Positions 31,696 to 40,633 of a stretch of DNA of 64,000 nt are shown here, piece by piece (the first letter of the stretch is position 1; each line of letters starts with the position of its first letter). This DNA is from Thermoanaerobaculia bacterium (GTDB lineage Bacteria; Acidobacteriota; Thermoanaerobaculia; Multivoradales; JAHEKO01): assembly GCA_041574955.1 (NCBI GenBank), contig JBFGNS010000005.1:417-64416 (forward strand), written 5' to 3'. Made by a program: the position numbers and the translations under genes. The notes under the pieces were generated by a model. It was not told the origin of the DNA. It saw only the letters and a program-made list of their open reading frames with translations, and searched no databases.

Positions 31696-32453
31696 GTCGC
31701 CCCCTTCTTCGGCAGTTTACCGACGAAGGAGCTCTCCGGGTGCTCGCTGCGCAACCGCTCGAACACCTGGTCCGCTTCGTCGTTCCGCTCGAGCTTGGCC
31801 AGCGCCAGCCCGAGGTAGTAGAGGGCCCGGTCTATCTCCTCGTAGTCCGGGTAGTCGTCGAGGATCGTCTGCAGCCGCGCGACGGCCGCCGGGTAGAGCT
31901 TGAACCGGTAGTTGAAGCGACCCACCACCATCTCGTGGGCCGCCAGGTTCTGCTTCACCCGGGCGATCTGCTGGCGCGCCTCGTCGGCGTACTCGCTGTC
32001 GGGGTACAGCCGGATCAGCTCGCGATAGGCGTCGAGTGCCTCGCGGGTGAGCGACTGGTCGCGGTCCGGCTTGCGCAGCCGCGCGGCCAGGCAGTTGGCC
32101 CGCTGGTACTGGACGTAGGCGGCCCGGTCGCTGGTCGGGAACCGGTTGAGGAAGTCGCGGTACTTGGCCTCGGCCTTGACGTAGCTATCCGCCCGGTCGT
32201 CGAGGTACAGGGCGTCGGCCGCCAGCAGCAGCCCCTCACGGCCGCTCGCCGAGTTGGGCTCGACCTCGAAGGCGTGGGTGAAATGCTCGCCGGCGCGGCG
32301 GTACTTCTCCTCCTCCATCAGCCGCTTGCCGATCTCCAGCGCTTCCTCGGCCGACAGCGCCAGCATCGGGTCTTCCTTGGGCGCGCCGCTGCGGCAGGCG
32401 GCGACCGCCAGCACCAGCCCGACCGCCAGCGTGGCGTGGAGCAGCCGCTTCAT
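31692..32453 (-). CDS. bamD: Outer membrane protein assembly factor BamD
   Basis: 253 aa. Lipobox LAVAAC. TPR-like repeats with FLNRFPTSDRAAYVQYQRANC and LIRLYPDSEYADEARQQI. 4-nt overlaps with both neighbours. Confidence 0.8.
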   Translation of the reverse strand: MKRLLHATLAVGLVLAVAACRSGAPKEDPMLALSAEEALEIGKRLMEEEKYRRAGEHFTHAFEVEPNSASGREGLLLAADALYLDDRADSYVKAEAKYRDFLNRFPTSDRAAYVQYQRANCLAARLRKPDRDQSLTREALDAYRELIRLYPDSEYADEARQQIARVKQNLAAHEMVVGRFNYRFKLYPAAVARLQTILDDYPDYEEIDRALYYLGLALAKLERNDEADQVFERLRSEHPESSFVGKLPKKGAT

Positions 32454-33112
32454 GCCACCTCCGTCTCGGCGCGGCGGCGGAGCTCGCGCATCGTCGCCGG
32501 CGGGTCCGGCGTGGCGAACACCGCCGAGCCGGCGATGCAGACCTCGACCCCCGCGCCGACCACCTGGCGGATGTTGTCGAGCCCGATGCCGCCGTCCATC
32601 GCGATGCGGGTTGCCAGCCCGCGGCGCCGCACCTCGGCGCGCAGGCGGCGCGCCTTGTCGACGACGTAGGGCAGGAACGGCTGACCGGCGAATCCGGGGT
32701 TGACCGACATGAGGAGCACGAAATCGGCTGCGGGCAGGATGTCCGTCAGGGCTTCGGTCGGCGTCGCAGGGTTCAGCACCACGCCGGCCTGGACGCCAGC
32801 CTCGCGAATCCGATGCAAGCTGCGGTCCAGGTGCACGGCGGCCTCCCAGTGGAGCGAGATCCAGGCCGCGCCGGCGTCGAGGAAGTCGTCGAGCAGGTTG
32901 TCCGGCTCCACCACCATGAGGTGGACGTCGAGTGGAATGTCGGTGTGTCGCGCCAGGTCGCGCACCACCGGCGCGCCGAACGTCAGGTTGGGCACGAACC
33001 GGCCGTCCATGACGTCGACGTGGATCAGGTCCGCGCCGCCCTGCCGGCAGCTTTCCGCCGCGCCGGCGAGGTCCGCCAGATCGGCGGCCAGGATCGACGG
33101 TGCCAGCAGCAC
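32450..33112 (-). CDS. rpe: Ribulose-phosphate 3-epimerase
   Basis: 220 aa from GTG 33112 (LLAPSILAADLADL...), inside the 560-aa track ORF. HVDVMDGRFVPNLTFG, DVHLMV and MSVNPGFAGQ. Confidence 0.9.
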   Translation of the reverse strand: MLLAPSILAADLADLAGAAESCRQGGADLIHVDVMDGRFVPNLTFGAPVVRDLARHTDIPLDVHLMVVEPDNLLDDFLDAGAAWISLHWEAAVHLDRSLHRIREAGVQAGVVLNPATPTEALTDILPAADFVLLMSVNPGFAGQPFLPYVVDKARRLRAEVRRRGLATRIAMDGGIGLDNIRQVVGAGVEVCIAGSAVFATPDPPATMRELRRRAETEVA

Positions 33113-33114
33113 GC

Positions 33115-33912
33115 TCAGGTTCCCAGGCTCTCGTCGCTCGCCACCACCAGCGAGATCACGTCGCGCCGGCTGAGCGGATGGCCGGCGAGCGGGAACTGGC
33201 GCAGCACGACGCCCGCCCCGATGCCCTCGTAGGTCTCGAACTTGATGCTGCCGAGGCGGAAACCGCGCCGCTCGAAGAACCGCCGGATCTCGTGGTAGTC
33301 GCGGTAGATCAGGTCCGGCATGACGTAGACCGACGACGGGCTGCCCTGGCACAGGTAGAGGGTCACCGGCTGCGCGTTGCCCGCGCGGCTGCCCGCCGGC
33401 GGCGACTGGTCGACCACGGTACCCGGCGTAGCGGCATCGTGGTAGACGCTGATCGTACGGCCGACGGTCAGCCCCGCCGCCGCCAGCGTCACCTGCGCCG
33501 CCTGCAGCGCCGAGCCCGACAGGTCCGGCACCTCCACCAGCTGCGGCCCGAGCGAGACCACCACCTCGACCGTGCTGCCGCGCTTGACCAGGCCGCCGGC
33601 CGCCGGCCGCTGCAGCAGGATGCGGCCGGCCGGGACCTCGGCGTCGTACCGCTCGCTGCGCTCGCCGGCCAGCCGCAGCCCGCCGTCGCGCAGCCGCGCC
33701 GCCGCCGCCGGCGGGGTCAGGCTCACGACGTCGGGCACAGTGGTGGCTCCGCGGCGCACGAAGAGGATGAAGGCCAGGTAGGCAGTAGCCGAGAAGACGA
33801 CCAGAACGAGGCCGGCGTAGAGGATCCACGCCGCGCGGCGCAGGACTCTCGCCAGCATGGCGGCGAAGTCTACCAGACCGCCGGCGGCAGGCGGCGGCGG
33901 CCGCTGTGGCAA
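33115..33912 (-). CDS. PASTA-domain membrane protein without kinase or PBP domain
   Basis: 265 aa, or 247 aa from ATG 33858. One TM segment (AWILYAGLVLVVFSATAYLAFILF), then three PASTA-like repeats (VPDVVSLT..., VEVPDLSGSALQAAQ..., VMPDLIYRDY...). Confidence 0.75.
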   Translation of the reverse strand: MPQRPPPPAAGGLVDFAAMLARVLRRAAWILYAGLVLVVFSATAYLAFILFVRRGATTVPDVVSLTPPAAAARLRDGGLRLAGERSERYDAEVPAGRILLQRPAAGGLVKRGSTVEVVVSLGPQLVEVPDLSGSALQAAQVTLAAAGLTVGRTISVYHDAATPGTVVDQSPPAGSRAGNAQPVTLYLCQGSPSSVYVMPDLIYRDYHEIRRFFERRGFRLGSIKFETYEGIGAGVVLRQFPLAGHPLSRRDVISLVVASDESLGT

Positions 33913-34784
33913 GATCCGCCGCCGTGACGCCTCTGCTCGGAGCCCACGTCTCCACCGCCGGCGGCCTGCCGCTGGCGCTCGAGCGCGGCGTCGAGCTCGG
34001 CTGCGACGCCATCCAGATCTTCGTCAAGCCACCCAGCCAGTGGCGGCTGCGGCCGCTCGCCCGCCGCGAGGCACCGCGCTTCCGGGCCGCCCGGGCGGCG
34101 AGCCCGATCGCCGCCGTGCTGGCCCACGCCACCTACCTGATCAACCTGGCGGCCACCGACCGCGACACCCTGCGCCGCTCGCGCAGCACGCTGGGCGCCG
34201 AGCTGGCACGCTGTCAGACGCTGGCCGTGCCGGCGCTGGTGGTCCACCCCGGTGCCCACCTCGGGCGCGGCAAGAGGCGCGGCGTGGAGGCGGTGGCGCG
34301 CTCGCTCGACCGGGTCCTCGACCGCCGCCGCGGCGCCGCCACCCGCCTGCTGCTCGAAAACACCGCCGGCCAGGGCACGACGCTCGGCTGGCGGCTGGAG
34401 CAGCTGGCCGAGATCCGCCAGCGCTGCCGCCACCGCCGGCGGATCGGCTTCTGCATCGATACCTGCCACGCCTTCGCCGCCGGCTACCGCCTCGACCGGC
34501 CGGCCGGCTACGAGCGATTCGTCGCCGAGCTGGATGCCTGCCTGGGGCTCGACGCCGTCGGCTGCTTCCACCTCAACGACTCGCGGCACGCCGCCGGCTC
34601 GCGGCGCGATCGCCACGCCAACCTGGGAACCGGCCGCATCGGCCGCGGCGCCTTCCGGCGGCTGGTCCGCGACCGGCGCCTGGCCGGCATCCCGATGGTG
34701 CTCGAGACGCCGCGCGGCGACGGCGGCGACGGCCACCGGCGGGACCTGGAGCTGCTGGGCAGGCTGGCGCGGGCTGCCGGCTAA
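33906..34784 (+). CDS. nfo: Deoxyribonuclease IV (endonuclease IV)
   Basis: 292 aa; an alternative GTG start at 33924 is possible. LGAHVSTAGG, VVHPGAH, CIDTCHAFAAGY and HLNDS metal-ligand motifs. Confidence 0.9.
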   Translation: MARSAAVTPLLGAHVSTAGGLPLALERGVELGCDAIQIFVKPPSQWRLRPLARREAPRFRAARAASPIAAVLAHATYLINLAATDRDTLRRSRSTLGAELARCQTLAVPALVVHPGAHLGRGKRRGVEAVARSLDRVLDRRRGAATRLLLENTAGQGTTLGWRLEQLAEIRQRCRHRRRIGFCIDTCHAFAAGYRLDRPAGYERFVAELDACLGLDAVGCFHLNDSRHAAGSRRDRHANLGTGRIGRGAFRRLVRDRRLAGIPMVLETPRGDGGDGHRRDLELLGRLARAAG

Positions 34785-35329
34785 CCGGCGGAGCCGGCGG
34801 GCCGCCGTCGCGAAACGACGTTGACCCACCAGTTGACCACCCGGTTCACCACGCTGCGTGGCAGGTTGGCGGTCGGGGCCGGCAGCTCGGCGGCAGCCTT
34901 CTCCACTTCGCCGAGGGCGGCGCCGACGTCCTCCAGCGGGTTGGCCAGCCAGACCACGCGCAGCTCGCGATCGACCAGGAACAGCGCCGGCGGCGCCGGC
35001 TCGTCGCCGGCGGCGGCCACGCCGTAGTGGCGGGCGAAGTCACGGTCGTCGCTGAGCAGCGGGAACGAGAGCGCCAGCTCGCGCTGCAGCTCCTTGGCCT
35101 CCTCCGGCTTGAGCGGCGTGACCCCGAGAATCCGGGTGCGCCGCCTGGCCAGCCCGCGCGCCGCCGCCGCCAGCGCCGACAGCTCGCCCCGGCCGCGGTC
35201 GTCGGCCACCGCGAAGAAATACAGCAGCACCGCGGTGCGCGGCACCTCGTCGCGCAGCATCAGGACCACGTCCTCGGTCGAGGTCAGGTCGAAGTTGGGC
35301 GCTTCGTCGCCCACGGAGAGTCGGGCCAT
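34781..35329 (-). CDS. Thioredoxin-fold AhpC/TSA(Bcp)-like protein lacking any cysteine
   Basis: 182 aa. GDEAPNFDL...VLLYFF...FPLLSDDRDFARHYGV matches the Bcp layout. The TPGC peroxidatic-Cys block is replaced by AVADDRGRGE. Confidence 0.65.
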   Translation of the reverse strand: MARLSVGDEAPNFDLTSTEDVVLMLRDEVPRTAVLLYFFAVADDRGRGELSALAAAARGLARRRTRILGVTPLKPEEAKELQRELALSFPLLSDDRDFARHYGVAAAGDEPAPPALFLVDRELRVVWLANPLEDVGAALGEVEKAAAELPAPTANLPRSVVNRVVNWWVNVVSRRRPAGSAG

Positions 35330-35449
35330 CTCGGATCCTCTCAGGCTCCGCGCGCGCCGGTCGGAAAGCCGCCGGCTGCCGGGCCCCCTAACGCTGCGGG
35401 GGGCGGCTCGGAGCTCATCGCGCAGTGAGTCGGGACGGTCGGGGGAGGG

Positions 35450-36754
35450 CTAGCTGCCGGGCAGCGGCAGGTTCTTGACGAGGTCGAAATATAGCACCAC
35501 GACCATCAGCAGGACGACCAGCGCGAAGCCCACCTGCTGCACCCTCTCCTTGACCTTGAGCGACAGGTCCCGCCGGCGCAGGCTCTCGACCAGCAGGATG
35601 GTGATCTGGCCGCCGTCGAGGATCGGGATCGGCAGCAGGTTGAGGATTCCGATCGAGATGCTGATGATGCCCATCAGGTGGAGCAGCACGGTGAGGCCGC
35701 TGCGCGCCGCCTGGCCGCTCAGCGCGGCGATCTCGATCGGTCCCGACAGTGCGCTCTTGGCGGCCAGCCTGCCGGTGACGATCTTGCCGAGCGCGGCGAA
35801 AGTCTGGCGCACGATGTCGACGTTGTAGCGCACGCTGGCGCCGAGCGCCGCCAGCGGTCCGTAGCGCTCGTAGTAGCCGATCACCACCCCGATCTTGCCG
35901 ACGCCGCCGTCGTCGCGCGGCGTGACGCTGAGGGTCAGCGGCTGGCCGTCGCGTACCACGTCCACCGCCACCGCCTCGCCGGCGCGCGCCTCGATCTGCT
36001 CGATGAAGTCGCGGCTGTCGGCCACGCTGCGCCCGGCGACGGCGCGGATCTCGTCGCCGGAGACGAAGCCGGCGGCTGCCGCCGGCGAGTCCTCCATCAC
36101 CTGCGCAATGCGCGGCAGCAGCTGCGGGAAGACGCCGGCGTCGCCGAACTCGTAGCGCGGCACCACGGCGGGCGTCACCTCGAGGGTCAGGGCGCGGCCG
36201 TCACGGCTCACCTCGAGCTCCACCTGCCTGCCGGGAGAGGTGAGGATGGCGAAGTGGACGTCGTCCCAGCGCCCGACCGGCTTGCCGTCGACCGCCTCGA
36301 TTCGATCACCCGGCCGGAGCCCGGCGGCCGCCGCCGGCGAGTCGCTGGCCACCGCGCCGACCACCGCCGGCACCTCGCGCAGCGCCGCCACCTCGAAGCC
36401 CGCCATGAAGACCACGGCGATCAGCAGCACCGACAGCACCACGTTCATCGCCGGGCCGGCCAGATAGACCAGCACCCGCTGCCAGCGCGGCTTGTTGAGG
36501 AACTCGCGCGGGTCGTCGGACAGCTCCCCCGGCTCCTCGCCGCCGAGCTGCACGTAGCCGCCGAGCGGGAACAGCGCCACCCGGTAGTCGGTCTCACCGC
36601 GCCGGAAGCCCCACAGGCGCTTGCCGAAGCCGAGCGAGAACGTCAACACCCGGACGTTGAACGCCTTGGCCATCAGCAGATGGCCCATCTCGTGGAAGAA
36701 GATGATGATGCCGAGCGCGAAGATGAAGGCGGCGGCGTTGGTGAGCAGATTCAT
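35450..36754 (-). CDS. rseP: RIP metalloprotease RseP (site-2 protease)
   Basis: 434 aa. HEMGHLLMAKAF (HExxH), two PDZ-like regions, and C-terminal NLLPIPILDGG. Confidence 0.9.
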   Translation of the reverse strand: MNLLTNAAAFIFALGIIIFFHEMGHLLMAKAFNVRVLTFSLGFGKRLWGFRRGETDYRVALFPLGGYVQLGGEEPGELSDDPREFLNKPRWQRVLVYLAGPAMNVVLSVLLIAVVFMAGFEVAALREVPAVVGAVASDSPAAAAGLRPGDRIEAVDGKPVGRWDDVHFAILTSPGRQVELEVSRDGRALTLEVTPAVVPRYEFGDAGVFPQLLPRIAQVMEDSPAAAAGFVSGDEIRAVAGRSVADSRDFIEQIEARAGEAVAVDVVRDGQPLTLSVTPRDDGGVGKIGVVIGYYERYGPLAALGASVRYNVDIVRQTFAALGKIVTGRLAAKSALSGPIEIAALSGQAARSGLTVLLHLMGIISISIGILNLLPIPILDGGQITILLVESLRRRDLSLKVKERVQQVGFALVVLLMVVVLYFDLVKNLPLPGS

Positions 36755-36803
36755 GGCTCTCCCCTAATCTCTCATACGACGCCGAGGCGCCGGCGGGTGC
36801 GGC

Positions 36804-36819
36804 TGCAAGCCGCGTGCCG
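36804..36819 (-). promoter_or_regulatory. Sigma54-like -24/-12 promoter candidate for rseP
   Basis: The minus strand reads CGGCACG-cggc-TTGCA. GG and GC are 12 nt apart and only the first T is replaced. It lies in the 95-bp cdsA/rseP gap, 50 nt upstream of the rseP ATG. Confidence 0.5.
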
Positions 36820-36849
36820 GTTCGCGGGCCGGCGCAACCGCCGCCGAGC

Positions 36850-37677
36850 TCACGGCCCCGCTTCGAGCCACCTGAGCAGCCGCAGCCCCAGATGCCAGAC
36901 GGGCGCAGCGAACAACAGCGCGTCCAGCCGGTCCAGCGCGCCGCCGTGGCCGGGGAACAGCGTGCCCGAGTCCTTGACCCCCGCCGCCCGCTTGATCATC
37001 GACTCCACCAGGTCGCCGATCTGCGCCGCCACCGCGGTGACCGCCGCCAGCAGCACCAGCGACGCGCTCGGCGCGCCCAGCCGCCACCACCCCCACGCCA
37101 CGGCGGCCAGGACCGAGGCCGCCAGACCGGCGGCGGCACCCTGCCAGCTCTTGTTGGGGCTGACCACCGGCGCCAGCTTGTGGCGGCCGAAGCGGGTGCC
37201 CAGGTAGTAGGCGGCGCTGTCGCCCAGCCAGACGATCGCCAGCAGCAGCAGCAGCAGCCAGGGATCGCTGCGCTGCAGATGGCACAGGCTGGCGATCGGC
37301 ACCGCGAAGTACGGCAGCCCGAAGCTCAGCAGCCCCAGGCCGCTCACCGCCTCGGCCAGCGGCGCGCGCGAGAACAGCGCCAGGGCGCCGAACCCCAGCG
37401 GCACCAGGGCGGCCATGGCGATCATCGGATCCCAGCCGAGCGCCTGCGGGTGCCAGCCCAGCACGCCGGGGCTGGCGGCGAGCGCGGCGACCGGCACCAC
37501 CCACGGCAGCACCGCCACCGGCACGCGCGGCGCCGCCCGGCGCGCCAGCCGCACGAACTCGACAACCGCCGCCCCGATCAGCAGCGTCACCAGGACGAAG
37601 AACCAGGGCGACGGCAGACGGAACACCGCCACCAGCGCCAGCGGTACGGTGACCGCGGCGGTCAGCAGCCGCTTCAT
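36850..37677 (-). CDS. cdsA: Phosphatidate cytidylyltransferase
   Basis: 275 aa, multi-TM. SPNKSWQGAAAG and GDLVESMIKRAAGVKDSGTLFPGHGGALDRLD signature. Confidence 0.85.
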   Translation of the reverse strand: MKRLLTAAVTVPLALVAVFRLPSPWFFVLVTLLIGAAVVEFVRLARRAAPRVPVAVLPWVVPVAALAASPGVLGWHPQALGWDPMIAMAALVPLGFGALALFSRAPLAEAVSGLGLLSFGLPYFAVPIASLCHLQRSDPWLLLLLLAIVWLGDSAAYYLGTRFGRHKLAPVVSPNKSWQGAAAGLAASVLAAVAWGWWRLGAPSASLVLLAAVTAVAAQIGDLVESMIKRAAGVKDSGTLFPGHGGALDRLDALLFAAPVWHLGLRLLRWLEAGP

Positions 37678-38531
37678 GCCCGCTGGGGATCGGATCCCGC
37701 GCCTGCAACCGGTGTGGCGCCGCGCGGCTGCGCCAGACCGCCGAAACGGCGCTCGCGCGCCTGGTAGTCCGCGACCGCGCGGAACAGCTCCTCACGCCGG
37801 AAGTCGGGCCACAGCGTGTCGGTCACCCAGATCTCGGTGTAGGCCACCTGCCACAGCAGGAAGTTGCTCAGCCGCAGCTCACCGGAGGTGCGGATGAGCA
37901 GGTCCGGGTCGGGCTGGTCCGCGGTATAGAGGTACCGGTTGAGGGTGTCCTCGTCGATATCGGCCCGCTTGCCGCTCGCCCAGTCGGCGACGATACGCCG
38001 GCAGGCGTCGACGATCTCGCTGCGACCCGAGTAGTTGAGGGCGATGTTGAGCTGCATGCCCGAGCCGTCGGCCGTCTGCGCGCGCGCCGCCTCGAGCGCC
38101 CGCACCACCGAGCCGTCGAGCTCCCGCCAACGCCCCAGCACCTCCAGCCGGATGTCGTTGTCCACCAGGGTCTCGAGCTCCTTGCGCAGGTACAGCTTGA
38201 GCAAGTTCATCAGGGTCCAGATCTCGTGCCGGGGACGCTTCCAGTTCTCGACCGAGAAGGCGTACAGGGTGAGGATCTCGATGCCCATGCGGGCGGCAGC
38301 CTCGATCGTGTCGCGTACCGCCTCCACCCCGGCGCGGTGGCCCTCGACGCGGGGCAGGCCGCGGGCGGCCGCCCAGCGGCCGTTGCCGTCCATGATCAAC
38401 GCCACGTGGCGCGGCAGGCGGTCGAAATCGATCCGCCGTACGAGCAGCTCGGCGGGCGAGCCCGGCTCCGCCAGTTTCGCTAGATCCACCATGGCCGGCG
38501 GCCGAAATCTACCATACGGAGCGGTGGCCAC
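37674..38531 (-). CDS. uppS: Isoprenyl transferase (undecaprenyl diphosphate synthase)
   Basis: 285 aa from GTG 38531, or 272 aa from ATG 38492. HVALIMDGNGRWA and RTSGELRLSNFLLWQVAYTE. Confidence 0.9.
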   Translation of the reverse strand: MATAPYGRFRPPAMVDLAKLAEPGSPAELLVRRIDFDRLPRHVALIMDGNGRWAAARGLPRVEGHRAGVEAVRDTIEAAARMGIEILTLYAFSVENWKRPRHEIWTLMNLLKLYLRKELETLVDNDIRLEVLGRWRELDGSVVRALEAARAQTADGSGMQLNIALNYSGRSEIVDACRRIVADWASGKRADIDEDTLNRYLYTADQPDPDLLIRTSGELRLSNFLLWQVAYTEIWVTDTLWPDFRREELFRAVADYQARERRFGGLAQPRGATPVAGAGSDPQRA

Positions 38532-38559
38532 GCCGGCCGTTGAAGCCCCTTGCGGCCAC

Positions 38560-39312
38560 TCAGCCGCGGCCGTCCGGCAGCCGGTAGAGCACCCGCTCCA
38601 GGGTCAGACCGCGGGCCGGGGCGGTGGGCCCGGCCTCCGAGCGCGGCCGCCCGGCGAGCAGCCGCGCGACATCGCCAACCGGGCGCCGGCCGCGGCCGAC
38701 CTCGAGCAGCGTGCCGACGATCGACCGCACCATGCCGCGCAGGAAGGCGTCGCCCACCAGCCGCAGCACCAGCGCATCGCCGCGCTCCAGCCACTCCGCC
38801 TCGAGGATCCGCCGCACCGGCGAGCGGTGGCTGCCGCCGGCCAGCGCGAAGGCGCTGAAGTCGTGACGGCCGGCGAGCGCGGTGGTGGCGGCGCGCAGCG
38901 CGCCGACGTCGATGGCGGGGTCGACCCGCACGGCGCGCCACGATTCGAGCGGCGACAGCACCGCGGTCCGCACCAGGCGGTAGCGGTACTCCTTGGCAGC
39001 CGCGCTGCGCCGGGCGTGGAAGCCGTCGGGCATCCGGGCCGCCGCCAGGATGCGTATGTCCTCAGGCAGCCGTGCGTTACCGCCGTGGACCAGCCCGCGC
39101 TCCGGAAACTCGCGTGCCGGGCTCAGGTGGGCGACCTGGCCGCGCGCGTGGACGCCGGCATCGGTGCGGCTGGCCGCCACCACCGGCACCGGCTGGCCGA
39201 GCAGCGAGCCCAGCGCCTCCTCCACCACCTGCTGCACGGCTAGCGCGTTCGGCTGGCGCTGCCAGCCGGCGTAGGCGGTGCCGCGGTAGGCGATCGTCAG
39301 CCGGTAGACCAT
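38560..39312 (-). CDS. truA: tRNA pseudouridine(38-40) synthase
   Basis: 250 aa from ATG 39312 (MVYRLTIAYRGTAYAGWQRQ), inside the 546-aa track ORF. ASRTDAGVHARGQV contains the catalytic Asp. Confidence 0.9.
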   Translation of the reverse strand: MVYRLTIAYRGTAYAGWQRQPNALAVQQVVEEALGSLLGQPVPVVAASRTDAGVHARGQVAHLSPAREFPERGLVHGGNARLPEDIRILAAARMPDGFHARRSAAAKEYRYRLVRTAVLSPLESWRAVRVDPAIDVGALRAATTALAGRHDFSAFALAGGSHRSPVRRILEAEWLERGDALVLRLVGDAFLRGMVRSIVGTLLEVGRGRRPVGDVARLLAGRPRSEAGPTAPARGLTLERVLYRLPDGRG

Positions 39313-40619
39313 CGTCGGTCGAGCAGCAGCGCCGCCAGAAACGGCAACCAGACGGCGGCCCAGACCCACGGCCACAACGGCACGCCGGCGACCTTGGGCA
39401 GGTAGGACAGCGGCGCCACCGCCGCCAGCGCCAGCCACGCGCGCTGCCGGCAGAGCGCCGCCCACGGCAGCGCCCACAGCAGGTACCACGGGTAGACGGT
39501 GGCCGAGAACAGCGGCAGACCGCCGAACAGGACCCCCGCCGACGCCAGCGGGTCGCGCCGCCGCCAGGCCAGCGCCACCACCGCCACGAGCCCCGGCGCC
39601 AGCAGCAGCTTGGCCTGGAGCTGCGGGTAGTTGAACGGATAGAACCGGTTCCACAGGTCGTGGTTGCCGGTCAGCTGCTTGAGCGCGTCGAGCCGCGACT
39701 CCACCCAGCCGCGGGCACCGGCCCCGTCCAGCAGCCGCCACAGCGGCTCGAACAGCGGGCCGTTGAACTCCCACGAAACGCCGTAAGTGACGAGCCCGGG
39801 CGGCACGCCGCCAACCGCCACTACTACCGGGGCGGCGGCCGCTACCACCAGCGCCAGCGTGGCGGCGGCGAACAGCCACGGCCGCCCGCTCTGCCGCGAC
39901 CAGGCGGGCAGCGCCGCCAGCGGCACCAGCTTGACCAGCACCGCCGCCGCGGCCGTCGCGGCGGCGGCGAACGGCCGCCGGCGGCCGCCGCCGATCCAGG
40001 CCACCACCGCGACGCTGGCCGCGACTCCCAGCCCGTCGACGTGCCCCATGCCCGCCAGCTCGAGCGTCACCAGCGGGTTCCAGGCGTACCACAGGACCCG
40101 CCACCGCCCCAGCCCGCGAGCGGCCGCCAGCCCCAGCAGCAGCCAGCAGGCCAGCAGGTCGGCGGCTACCAGGCCGAGCTTGAGTGCAACCGCCGGCCAC
40201 GGCAGCCGGGCCGCTATACTAAAGACCGTCACGGCCAGCGGCGGATAGACCGTTGGCACGTGCCGGTGGGGCAGCCGCCGCCAGTCGGCGTCGCGCAGCG
40301 GCGCGAGTTCCGCCGAGTCCGGAGCCAGCTCGTAAGGATTCAATCCCGCCGCGGCGACCTTGCCATCCCAGAGGTAGCGCAGCAGATCATCGGACAGCGT
40401 CGGCGGCAGCGGCACCAGCAGCAGGCGCAGCAGCGCGGCGACCAGCAGCACGCTGGCGGCGCTCAGTCTCGCCGACCGCTCGAGGCCGCCCACCGCCCAC
40501 ACCAGACCGCCGGTAGCCAGCACCAGCCAGAGGTAGAGCAGCAGCGGCCGAGCCGCCAGATCGAACGTCGCCAGCAGCCCGGCATGGGCCACCACCAGCG
40601 GCGCGGCCCGCAGCCACAA
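39297..40619 (-). CDS. Polytopic membrane glycosyltransferase, GT-C fold (DUF2029/GT87-like)
   Basis: About 440 aa, more than 10 TM segments. Loop motif LSDDLLRYLWDGKVAAAGLNPY is typical of polyprenol-phosphate-sugar-dependent GT-C enzymes. There is no in-frame ATG near the N-terminus, so TTG 40619 is proposed. The 5' part of the track ORF looks non-coding. Confidence 0.6.
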   Translation of the reverse strand: MWLRAAPLVVAHAGLLATFDLAARPLLLYLWLVLATGGLVWAVGGLERSARLSAASVLLVAALLRLLLVPLPPTLSDDLLRYLWDGKVAAAGLNPYELAPDSAELAPLRDADWRRLPHRHVPTVYPPLAVTVFSIAARLPWPAVALKLGLVAADLLACWLLLGLAAARGLGRWRVLWYAWNPLVTLELAGMGHVDGLGVAASVAVVAWIGGGRRRPFAAAATAAAAVLVKLVPLAALPAWSRQSGRPWLFAAATLALVVAAAAPVVVAVGGVPPGLVTYGVSWEFNGPLFEPLWRLLDGAGARGWVESRLDALKQLTGNHDLWNRFYPFNYPQLQAKLLLAPGLVAVVALAWRRRDPLASAGVLFGGLPLFSATVYPWYLLWALPWAALCRQRAWLALAAVAPLSYLPKVAGVPLWPWVWAAVWLPFLAALLLDRRWSTG

Positions 40620-40633
40620 CCGAGACGACAGCG

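Noticed and set aside
36755-36849. Missing dxr between cdsA and rseP as evidence of gene loss or a pseudogene
   Set aside because: The gap is only 95 bp and holds no ORF remnant. dxr may simply be elsewhere, or the organism may use another isoprenoid route. This cannot be judged from the window.
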